From the NCBI GenBank assembly GCA_038279365.1, contig JAYODI010000001.1:118127-182126 (forward strand): a DNA stretch of 64,000 nucleotides, read 5' to 3'. Below are positions 1-8,007 of this stretch, piece after piece. Positions within the stretch are counted from its first letter, which is position 1, and each line of letters opens with the position of its first letter. The stretch is from Candidatus Latescibacterota bacterium. GTDB lineage: Bacteria > Latescibacterota > UBA2968. The notes under the pieces are model-generated. The model saw only the letters and a list, made by a program, of their open reading frames with translations, had not been told where the DNA came from and ran no database searches. The position numbers were made by a program, and so were the translations under genes.

Positions 1-186
1 TCATTTATTATATTTTGGTTTTTGCAGAAATAATATTTTAAACTTTTGTTTTTAATTGATTTGTGTGGTTTTGGGTTTTTAAATGGTTATGTGTCTATGC
101 TTGAATGGGATTTTTGACAAAATTTTATTTTTGTAAACCTATTTTCATAAATTATTGAAAATTTTTATTTTAACTGTTGTTATTGA

Positions 187-1482
187 TTACAATAATTGCA
201 TACTTGTGTGAATGGCCTCCTGTGCGAGGGTCAATTCGGTGGATGTGTGAGTAAGCCCCACGTACCAACGCCCATCGGGCAGCAGTTGCACGCCATTGTT
301 TAACATATGGGCTCGGAAACGGGTGTAGGTTTCCATATCGACTTGGGCATATTCGCGATAATGTGTGGGCGGTGTTTCGGTACCAAAGTGGATGTTAAAG
401 ACGGTGCCTGCCCCTGAAGAACAAAGGGGAATGCCTTTTTGTTGGGCTTCTTCTTCAAATGTTTTGCGAATTTGCTGGCCGTACATATGCATTTGGTTGT
501 GGTTGTCTGGGTTGTCTGCCAAAATGTCGAGTGTGGCTTTGCCGGCTGCAAGGCTCACGGTGTTGCCATTGTAGGTGCCTGCGTGAATGGTGCGTTTGTC
601 GCGCAATACATCAAAGATTTCTTTGCGCCCAGCAACAGCAGACAGTGTGAACCCTCCCGCGAGGGCTTTGGCGTAAACGGATAAGTCGGGAATGACGCCA
701 AAAAATTCTCGGGCACCTCCTAATGCAAGGCGAAAGCCTGTGATGACCTCGTCAAAGACCGATACAGCACCATGTTTTTTACACAAATCTACGAGCCCTT
801 GTAAGAAGCCATCTTGAGGCTCAATGGAGCCAGAGTTGGCCAAGAGGGGTTCTGTGAAAACAGCGGCAATTTCATGACCGTGTTTTTCAAAGGCTTGTTC
901 GAGTAAATCGAGCCGATTCCACGGCAATACAATGGCTTCGGCGTATTCGGATGCGGGTTGGCCCCCCATGGCGGGCACCACATTGGGAGATTCGAGGTTG
1001 CCAGCGTCTTCGTCTGAGGCGTGATAGCTGAGCAAGATGTTGTTGGCCCAACCGTGATAATGGCCTTCAAATTTGACAAAGCGTGTGCGCCCAGTGTGGG
1101 CACGCGCAAGGCGAAGCGCTGTTTGAATGGCTTCGGTGCCTGTGTTGGAGAAAATGACCTGTTCCACACCCGGTACCACTTCTGTCATTCTTTTGGCCAA
1201 GGCAATTTCGCCTGGGTGTTGTGCCCCAAGGGTGTAAGACTTTTGTAAGGCCTCGATGACGGCTTGATTGAGTTGGGGGTGGTTTGAGCCGAGAATAAGG
1301 GGGCCCCAAGCGAGTGTTTGGTCGAGGAGTTTGTTGCCATCTACATCATAATAATAGGGGCCGTCGGCGCGCTCAAAAAAAAGGGGTGGAGCAGTAACAT
1401 AAGTGCGCATGCCCGAGGAGACACCCATGGCAAGATATTGTGAACTTTCGGCGTGGTGTGCGGCAGACTGGGATGTGTTCAT
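187..1482 (-). CDS. Class III PLP-dependent aminotransferase (glutamate-1-semialdehyde 2,1-aminomutase-like paralog)
   Basis: DVDGN, NTGTEA, KFEGHYHG, FDEVITGFR, PDLSVYAKALAGG (PLP Lys) and AGTYNGN motifs; too divergent and out of tetrapyrrole context to call hemL. Confidence 0.85.
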   Translation of the reverse strand: MNTSQSAAHHAESSQYLAMGVSSGMRTYVTAPPLFFERADGPYYYDVDGNKLLDQTLAWGPLILGSNHPQLNQAVIEALQKSYTLGAQHPGEIALAKRMTEVVPGVEQVIFSNTGTEAIQTALRLARAHTGRTRFVKFEGHYHGWANNILLSYHASDEDAGNLESPNVVPAMGGQPASEYAEAIVLPWNRLDLLEQAFEKHGHEIAAVFTEPLLANSGSIEPQDGFLQGLVDLCKKHGAVSVFDEVITGFRLALGGAREFFGVIPDLSVYAKALAGGFTLSAVAGRKEIFDVLRDKRTIHAGTYNGNTVSLAAGKATLDILADNPDNHNQMHMYGQQIRKTFEEEAQQKGIPLCSSGAGTVFNIHFGTETPPTHYREYAQVDMETYTRFRAHMLNNGVQLLPDGRWYVGLTHTSTELTLAQEAIHTSMQLL

Positions 1483-1634
1483 GAATTCTCCAGAAATCAG
1501 GGATTAAGAAATAACGAGACAATGAAACTGCGAATCAACGAATAGACGAATAGACGATTCAAAACCTATTTGTCTATTCTGCCTATCCAACATAACCATT
1601 TTCTGTGAACCATTCAACTTTTCGACGTAAATCG

Positions 1635-4238
1635 TTACGCATTTGTATACCGTGGTTTTACAGGGCAGGTGGGACATACATTTTTTAAATGGCGTCGTCG
1701 GGCGTGCCACAAATCAATGGCTTTGACAAGGGTTGTGTCGGCATTGCCAACTTTGCCGTGTGTTTGGCGGTTTTTAAGTGCGCTGTTGAGTTTGCGTGGG
1801 GAAACAGGGCATGGGCCGCTGCGAAAAGCGAGGCCTGGCACTTCGCGCACGGTGCCGTTGATGACCACGCGGTCGGTGTGACCAAATGGGTCAATGCATC
1901 CACAAGGCACTGAGACTTCTGCGGCGTGATAGGCTGTGCTGCTGTTGTGATCAACGCCGAGTGAGAGAATGTAGCCGCCATTGTGGATGAGGCGAGAAAT
2001 GGGGCTGTCGGCGGTCCACACACCCGTGGTGAGGTGATCGGCACAAATGTATTCGGCTTTGGGGCCAAAGGCCGCCACGGCATGGGTGGGGTGCAAACTG
2101 CGGATCACACCGGGGCGTTGCCAAAAGGCGTTGGGGATGGCCCCGTTTGTTGAGGGTGTGATGAGTGGGTTATAGACGTGTGCGCCTCGGTGGTTAAAGG
2201 AGGGCATAACGAGTGTGCCGTGTTTGCCAATCACACTTAAAAGGGCATCAATAACCGTGTTTGCGCCACCAATGACCTGCCCTACTTTGGAGAGGGAGCT
2301 GTGAACCATCACGTCCATGCCTGTTTGTAGGCCGAGGTTTTTAAAGTCGCTAATGAGTTGTGTTTTGCTGATGCGTTGATCAGATTCAACGAGTTCTACA
2401 TAGTCAAGTTCGGCATGGGCTTCGAAAAATTGTATCACATTTTCGAGGTCTATTTTTTTGCTGTGTTCGGCAGAGAGCAGCGCTGTGATTTCTGCGAGTG
2501 TTCGGTTGCCATCTGCCCAAAAGAGTGCCCACGCGGGCAAGCCCGATTTGCGAATGCGTTCTGCTATGGGTGTGGGGGTGTTTTCTGGGGTGGGCGATAA
2601 AAAGGCGGTGCGTTTGGGCACGCGTTTGGCATTTTGAGGGATACGTGATTGGGTTTTGGGTTTGGGGCCTGTTTTTTTGACTTGTTGTTCTAAGTGTGCA
2701 AAGTGATTGAGCATGTCCTCTTTGTCACTGTTCCAAAACCAGCGTTTGAGTTGGTTGAGGGATGTTTGGTGTTGTTCGCGCAGATAGGATGCAATTTCTA
2801 TGGACTGTGTTTTGCGAAGGTGCTCGCAGGTGTGTTCGGTTTCGGTTTGGGCGATGTCGTGCACATCTTTGTCGGTGGCGTTTGCCAAATAGTAGAGGTA
2901 AGCGGCCATGCTCGCCGCACATGCTTTGAGGCCCGATGTGCTTAGAAGGGTGTGTATGTCGTTTGAGGAATGGTAGGCACTCCAGTTTTTACCTTCTTCG
3001 CGGTAGTGTGTCGTGATCCACGGACAGGGGAAGCCATATTTGGGGTCGCCTGCAAGGGTGTCGGATGTAGAGACAAAGCCGCCTTCCGTGAGCGTGTAAC
3101 CCGAATCACTTTTTTTGAGGGTGGCCTGAATGATGTGTGCGCCAACGCGGTCGACAAATGTGGCCGACATGGGGATGGTAGATCGCCAAGAGAGTTGGCT
3201 GGCACAAATATTTGGGCGTGCGCCCACAGTGTCGATACACACACCCGCAATGGGTGTTTGTAGCCTGCGTGTGTGTTCCATGTAGTTGAAAAAGCTGTAA
3301 CACTCATAACCGCTTAAGAGGCGAATAGTACGTTTGGGGCGGGGGAGTTTTCCTGAGGCGATGAGGCTTTCAAGTGTGCGGGCAATTTCAAGGCAAACGG
3401 CCACACCCGAGGCATTGTCAATGGCACCGGGTTCGGCACTGTGTGCGAGGGCCCACACTTCATCTTGTGGGTTGTCTTGGCCCATAATGAGACCGCTTAC
3501 GAGGTCGTGTGAACCGACGTAGTCGTGTATGTCTACTTTAACGTGAACGGTGAGGGTGCCGTGCTTTTGGATGTGTTTGCGAAGTTTTTTGCCATCGTTT
3601 TGTGAGAGCACAAGACCCACAAGGTGAAGGTTGCCGTAAGCACTGTTGATAGACCCCCAGCCAAATTTGACCCACGGGGTTGCGTTGGGGAGTTCGGCTT
3701 GTGGGCAATCGGTGACAACACCTACTGCGCCTTTGTCGGCTATGGTTTTGAAGATGCTGCGGGCGTTGAGGTGGGTGAGAACGAGTTTGTTGCGCAAAGC
3801 GGTTGGACGGAGGGCTTCAAGTTGTTTTTGATCGTCAATGACCACGAGTTCACAGTCTATGCCTTGAGGCGGAGTGGCTGCGCTCCATTGAATGACGTGC
3901 CACGGATTGTCTTTGTAGTTGAGCACACGTTGGGTAATGGGAGAGATGATGTCGAGTGTGGCCGAGCGAATGTCACTGGCTTTGGGAATGATCCATCGCC
4001 CCGAACCAATTTTCCCACCTGTAGGGATTTTGTAGACTTCGGCTTTTGCGCCCGAGGCTTCGTAAGATTTGACGAGGGTTTCTGTGGTGTGGTGAAAGCG
4101 GTCAAACGAGTTCCAGCGATCCGTTTCAACAATGCGTTTGACATCGTTGAGAATGCGACGGCCTTGTGTGGCATTGTTGATGAGAGGCAAGGTTTTGCGA
4201 TTAAAAGCGGCGAGGCTACGGGGTGTGCGAGCTGGCAT
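1635..4238 (-). CDS. Fusion protein: PA-domain/M28 (DUF4910-like) Zn peptidase + winged helix + AAC(3)/YokD-family N-acetyltransferase
   Basis: M28 motifs AHSAEPGAIDNASG, GYEC, IDTVG, YHSSND; wHTH-like WADGNRTLAEI; AAC(3) motifs VHSSLS, GTLVMP, RSLHPTH, LGVDHNSSTAYHAAE. Start moved to ATG 4238 (AGGAG RBS at 4246-4250). Confidence 0.8.
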   Translation of the reverse strand: MPARTPRSLAAFNRKTLPLINNATQGRRILNDVKRIVETDRWNSFDRFHHTTETLVKSYEASGAKAEVYKIPTGGKIGSGRWIIPKASDIRSATLDIISPITQRVLNYKDNPWHVIQWSAATPPQGIDCELVVIDDQKQLEALRPTALRNKLVLTHLNARSIFKTIADKGAVGVVTDCPQAELPNATPWVKFGWGSINSAYGNLHLVGLVLSQNDGKKLRKHIQKHGTLTVHVKVDIHDYVGSHDLVSGLIMGQDNPQDEVWALAHSAEPGAIDNASGVAVCLEIARTLESLIASGKLPRPKRTIRLLSGYECYSFFNYMEHTRRLQTPIAGVCIDTVGARPNICASQLSWRSTIPMSATFVDRVGAHIIQATLKKSDSGYTLTEGGFVSTSDTLAGDPKYGFPCPWITTHYREEGKNWSAYHSSNDIHTLLSTSGLKACAASMAAYLYYLANATDKDVHDIAQTETEHTCEHLRKTQSIEIASYLREQHQTSLNQLKRWFWNSDKEDMLNHFAHLEQQVKKTGPKPKTQSRIPQNAKRVPKRTAFLSPTPENTPTPIAERIRKSGLPAWALFWADGNRTLAEITALLSAEHSKKIDLENVIQFFEAHAELDYVELVESDQRISKTQLISDFKNLGLQTGMDVMVHSSLSKVGQVIGGANTVIDALLSVIGKHGTLVMPSFNHRGAHVYNPLITPSTNGAIPNAFWQRPGVIRSLHPTHAVAAFGPKAEYICADHLTTGVWTADSPISRLIHNGGYILSLGVDHNSSTAYHAAEVSVPCGCIDPFGHTDRVVINGTVREVPGLAFRSGPCPVSPRKLNSALKNRQTHGKVGNADTTLVKAIDLWHARRRHLKNVCPTCPVKPRYTNA

Positions 4239-4422
4239 GGGCAAACTCCTGTAGGTACAAGGCAATAAAAAGAAGTGATCGTCCATTTATTACAACGAGT
4301 TTTGCCAATTTGCAACATCAATTTATTCCGGCGCGTTTGCTCGAGCGATTACTGAAGTCATTTTTCAATCTCTTTTGGTCACTTCCTTATTGTGACGCAA
4401 CATCGCTGATGAAAGTTTTGGG

Positions 4423-4449
4423 TAAAGTTTTTTTGGTATTGGTCGATAT
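4423..4449 (+). promoter_or_regulatory. Sigma28 (FliA/WhiG-type) promoter
   Basis: TAAAGTTT-N11-GTCGATAT versus consensus TAAAGTTT-N11-GCCGATAA. Confidence 0.7.
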
Positions 4450-4536
4450 AAGTAACAAGTGATACAAAGATGTTGCGTGAAAGGTGTTGTGAAGTAATTA
4501 AGTTTTTTATTTACAGTTTCTTAAAGGTGGCTCAAA

Positions 4537-4722
4537 ATGACATACATTTACTTACTTGTCGTTCTTCATTTGGTTTTAGGCGTAGCGTGTGCCTGTATTG
4601 CCAATGAAACCCGCCACAATGTAAAGTCTTGGTATATCGCAGGTACGTTGTTGGGCGGTTTGGCACTGATCGCATTGGTGGGCATCAATTTTCACAAGCA
4701 GATGCCCGCTGTGAGGTCCTAA
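4537..4722 (+). CDS. Small membrane protein (two hydrophobic segments)
   Basis: 61-aa ORF with two TM-like stretches, AAGGTGG upstream, abuts the next ORF. Confidence 0.55.
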   Translation: MTYIYLLVVLHLVLGVACACIANETRHNVKSWYIAGTLLGGLALIALVGINFHKQMPAVRS

Positions 4723-5094
4723 ATGATTGCAGGTGTTGGACATACACAAGCCAATTTGCTCAATCAAGCATTGGAACGCGCAAAAAGTGCGACAGAAGAT
4801 ATCACCACACTGTCACAAAAAAATGATGATGCTTCTGTGATGGGATTTTTAGATGACGTGCTCGATTTAAGTGATGGCAAGTCGTTGATGGGTGCATTGG
4901 GTGATTTGTCGCCCAATGAAGCCGATGGCGCACTCAAAGCTTTGGGGAAGTTGTTGCAGGCAGGCGTGGTTGGGTATGAATATCGCAAAGTGAATGGCGA
5001 AGTGCGCAAGGTGTTTATAGATGTGGCCATCGGCAGTGATTTGCATCGTGCCCCACTGGCGCGTGATGATGAAAAGTTTGACCGATTTGCATAG
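4723..5094 (+). CDS. Hypothetical protein
   Basis: 123-aa ORF with natural composition, directly after the previous stop, followed by a terminator. Confidence 0.7.
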   Translation: MIAGVGHTQANLLNQALERAKSATEDITTLSQKNDDASVMGFLDDVLDLSDGKSLMGALGDLSPNEADGALKALGKLLQAGVVGYEYRKVNGEVRKVFIDVAIGSDLHRAPLARDDEKFDRFA

Positions 5095-5116
5095 TTCACA
5101 ACACGGGGTGTGAGTG

Positions 5117-5150
5117 AAAGCCGTTGGATCTTTTGATCCAACGGCTTTTT
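5117..5150 (+). terminator. Rho-independent terminator; copy 1 of a 31-bp direct repeat
   Basis: aaagccgttggatc-tttt-gatccaacggcttt perfect stem plus T-run. Confidence 0.8.
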
Positions 5151-5158
5151 GTTTTGAT

Positions 5159-5192
5159 ACGTGGCTCAAATATGGGCATGTTTGAGCCACGT
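5159..5192. repeat. Inverted repeat (12-bp arms) upstream of the biosynthetic operon
   Basis: acgtggctcaaa-N10-tttgagccacgt. Confidence 0.6.
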
Positions 5193-5333
5193 GGGGACAG
5201 CGATATCCGTCTGTGAAATTTTTTTGTCATTTGTTTTATGATGACTTTTAGCTATTATAGGCTTCTGGATATTGCCACACGCTTATTGCAGGATTGCCTA
5301 AAATTTCACCCCAAAATGTGAGGGTAGATACCT

Positions 5334-6221
5334 ATGAAAGAAGACACTCCCAGTTCTACGGCGTTTACCGTTTTGCAGGGGCTTATGTATATTGCAGGAC
5401 ACCCTCGTTATTCATATCTGGTGAATGATGAAATTGCAAAAACGGGAAAACAAATTCTTTCTGCGTCTGATAAAGGGCTGAAGTTGCTCAAGCAACTTAA
5501 AAGCCCATTTTTTAAAGTACTTTTCCGTTTGGGTGAAAAGGCCTTGATGCCAGGCATTACCCTACATTATGCATTGCGTAAAAGTTACATTGAAGACATC
5601 ACACGTCAAGCAATTGCCGATGGTAAAACACAAGTGATCAGTTTGGGTGCTGGGTTTGATACCTTAGAATGGCGTTTGCACACCGAGTTTCCAGATGTAA
5701 ACTTTATCGAGATTGACCACCCTGCCACCAGCGCGTTTAAAGCCAAAGCACTCTTTGGCGAAAATTCTTCGCCATCCAATCTACATTTGTTGGCGGTTGA
5801 TTTTAGCAAGCAGAGTTTGTTGGAGGCGTTGGGGCCTTTTGCTGGGTTTGATGCCACACGGCCGACCCACTTTATTTGTGAAGGGGTGTTGCCCTATTTG
5901 TTGGAAAAAGATGTGGTCATTCTTCTGAATTCTTTAAATGAGCTTACGGGCAAAGGGACGCGTTTTGTGTTTAGCAGTGTCGCACCAATGGACAGCCCCA
6001 ATAACAATACGGGACCGTTGTTAAATTTGTATCTGTTTTTTATTAAAGAATCACTCAACTGGACCATTGAAAGTGTAGATATCCCAGCCTTTTTGGAGAA
6101 AAATGGTTTTAAGTTTATAGAATCGGCGTCTGTAGAAACTTTTAGAGACCGATATTTGGCAAAAGATCACGAAGGTGAGCTCCATCGCGGGGAATATCTG
6201 ATTTTGTCAGAAATTCCTTAA
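5334..6221 (+). CDS. SAM-dependent methyltransferase, leucine carboxyl methyltransferase (LCM)/O-MT family
   Basis: RKSYIED, QVISLGAGFDT, FIEIDHPAT, LAVDF, CEGVLPYL motifs. Confidence 0.85.
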   Translation: MKEDTPSSTAFTVLQGLMYIAGHPRYSYLVNDEIAKTGKQILSASDKGLKLLKQLKSPFFKVLFRLGEKALMPGITLHYALRKSYIEDITRQAIADGKTQVISLGAGFDTLEWRLHTEFPDVNFIEIDHPATSAFKAKALFGENSSPSNLHLLAVDFSKQSLLEALGPFAGFDATRPTHFICEGVLPYLLEKDVVILLNSLNELTGKGTRFVFSSVAPMDSPNNNTGPLLNLYLFFIKESLNWTIESVDIPAFLEKNGFKFIESASVETFRDRYLAKDHEGELHRGEYLILSEIP

Positions 6222-6247
6222 GCTTGATACAAGGTATGGTGATAAAA

Positions 6248-7954
6248 ATGGCAGATCGCAAGACGTTTAAAGTGATTTTGATTAAACCCTCTCAGTATGA
6301 TACCGATGGGTATGTCGTACAATGGTTTCGTTCAATTACGCCCTCAAATGCTTTGGCCTGTGTGTGTGGCATCGTACAAGATGCTGCACTGCGCCATGCA
6401 TTGGGTGACGACATTGAGATCGTTGTGACGGCATATGATGAATACAATACCCGCATTCCTATTAAGGCGATCAAACGCGATTTGAAGAATCCATCTGATG
6501 GGGTTGTGATGTTGGTGGGGGTTCACACACACCAATATCCACGTGCCATGGATTTGGCGCGTCCTTTACGCGAAGCGGGGGTGCAGGTGATGATGGGTGG
6601 GTTTCATGTTTCGGGGTGCCTTGCCATGGTGCCCGATTGGGAGCCTGCACTTGCATTGGCCAAAGAGTTGGGTGTGTCTCTGTTTGCGGGTGAGCTAGAA
6701 GACCATGTCGATGCGGTGTTAAAAGATGCACAAGAAGGATGCCTTAAACCCTTGTATAATGTGATGGATCAATTGCCCACATTAGATGTTGCTCCTACAC
6801 CATGGTTGCCAAAAGAAGCTTTAAAAAAAGCTTGGAATTGGACGAGTATCGACTTGGGCAGAGGGTGCCCTTTTTTGTGTAGTTTTTGTACCATTATCAA
6901 TGTGCAAGGGCGTTTGTCGCGTAGTCGATCTGTTGAGAGCGTGGTTGAGTATTTTCGTGTGCAGGCAAAGCGTGGTGTGACGCGTTATTTATTTACTGAT
7001 GACAATTTTGCAAGAAATAAAAATTGGGAAGTGTTGTTGGATGGCATTATAAAATTGCGGGAAGAAGAAGGAATCATCATTGATTATTTTATGCAAGTAG
7101 ATACCAAAGCAACCCGCATTCCGCGTTTTGTTGAAAAGGCAAAGCTTTCGGGGTGTTCAATCGTTTTTTTGGGTATCGAATCGGTTCGCCAAGAAAGTGT
7201 AAAGGCAGCAGGCAAAACACAAAATAAAGTGGCCGAGTTGCGGGATATGGTGATGACTTGGAAGCGGGCAGGTATTTTGACACAGGGCGCTTTTATTATT
7301 GGGTTTCCAACAGACACGCCTGAAAGTATTGCAGAAGATTTAGAATTTATTAAAACCAATATCCCTATAGATGTCTATGAATCGACGATGCTGATGCCGT
7401 TGCCAGGATCTGCAGATCACAGGCAACTGCTTGGTGACGGTGTGGCAATGGATTTGGACTTTAATAGATATGATGGTACGATGACGGCTATGGAACATCC
7501 CAATATGTCACGCGAGCAGTGGGCAGCACTTTATTGGAAGATGTATCATGTGTTTTATTCTTGGTCTCATATTGAGACCATTTTTAAGCGTGCTTTGGCC
7601 TGTGGTTTGTCTCCTTCAAGGGTGTTTGGGAGTGTTTTTGGTTATTATGGTCCCATAAAAATAGAAAATCTGCATCCGTTGGTATGTGGCACGATGCGAC
7701 GAAAGTTTCGTCACGCAAGGCGTTATGGTTTGCCACTTGAGTCGCCTTGGATATTTTATCCCAAGCGTTTATTGGAAGTGGTGAGAACCCAAGTGCGTAG
7801 AATGGTTTTTATTTCCAAATTAGCAGTCGTCATGGTGTGGGCTTGGCAAAAAGTGCGTAAAAATGGTTATACCGATACTGCAATTGAGCAAAGAGAAAAT
7901 GATCAAGTCACTCCAGAGATGTCAACCAAACTTAGTCAGGTGGCGTTGGGTTAA
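6248..7954 (+). CDS. Cobalamin-binding (class B) radical SAM enzyme
   Basis: N-terminal B12-binding-like domain (MGGFHVSG, FAGE), RGCPFLCSFC CxxxCxxC motif, DDNF, GIES, FIIGFPTDT. Confidence 0.85.
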   Translation: MADRKTFKVILIKPSQYDTDGYVVQWFRSITPSNALACVCGIVQDAALRHALGDDIEIVVTAYDEYNTRIPIKAIKRDLKNPSDGVVMLVGVHTHQYPRAMDLARPLREAGVQVMMGGFHVSGCLAMVPDWEPALALAKELGVSLFAGELEDHVDAVLKDAQEGCLKPLYNVMDQLPTLDVAPTPWLPKEALKKAWNWTSIDLGRGCPFLCSFCTIINVQGRLSRSRSVESVVEYFRVQAKRGVTRYLFTDDNFARNKNWEVLLDGIIKLREEEGIIIDYFMQVDTKATRIPRFVEKAKLSGCSIVFLGIESVRQESVKAAGKTQNKVAELRDMVMTWKRAGILTQGAFIIGFPTDTPESIAEDLEFIKTNIPIDVYESTMLMPLPGSADHRQLLGDGVAMDLDFNRYDGTMTAMEHPNMSREQWAALYWKMYHVFYSWSHIETIFKRALACGLSPSRVFGSVFGYYGPIKIENLHPLVCGTMRRKFRHARRYGLPLESPWIFYPKRLLEVVRTQVRRMVFISKLAVVMVWAWQKVRKNGYTDTAIEQRENDQVTPEMSTKLSQVALG

Positions 7955-8007
7955 TGTGTGGATGATTGTCATGGCTATGGTGCTGTTTTCCCTGTTGCCC
8001 CATATTA

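Noticed and set aside
1-186. Very AT-rich stretch as a possible origin or island boundary
   Set aside because: No DnaA-box cluster or integrase seen; truncated by the window edge and consistent with an ordinary promoter region
187-1482. hemL assignment
   Set aside because: Class III motifs are present, but the N-terminus is divergent and there are no hem neighbours; left as a GSA-like paralog
1635-2380. Aminoglycoside resistance gene (aac(3))
   Set aside because: The domain is fused to a peptidase in a chromosomal metabolic context without mobile-element features; family membership alone does not show resistance
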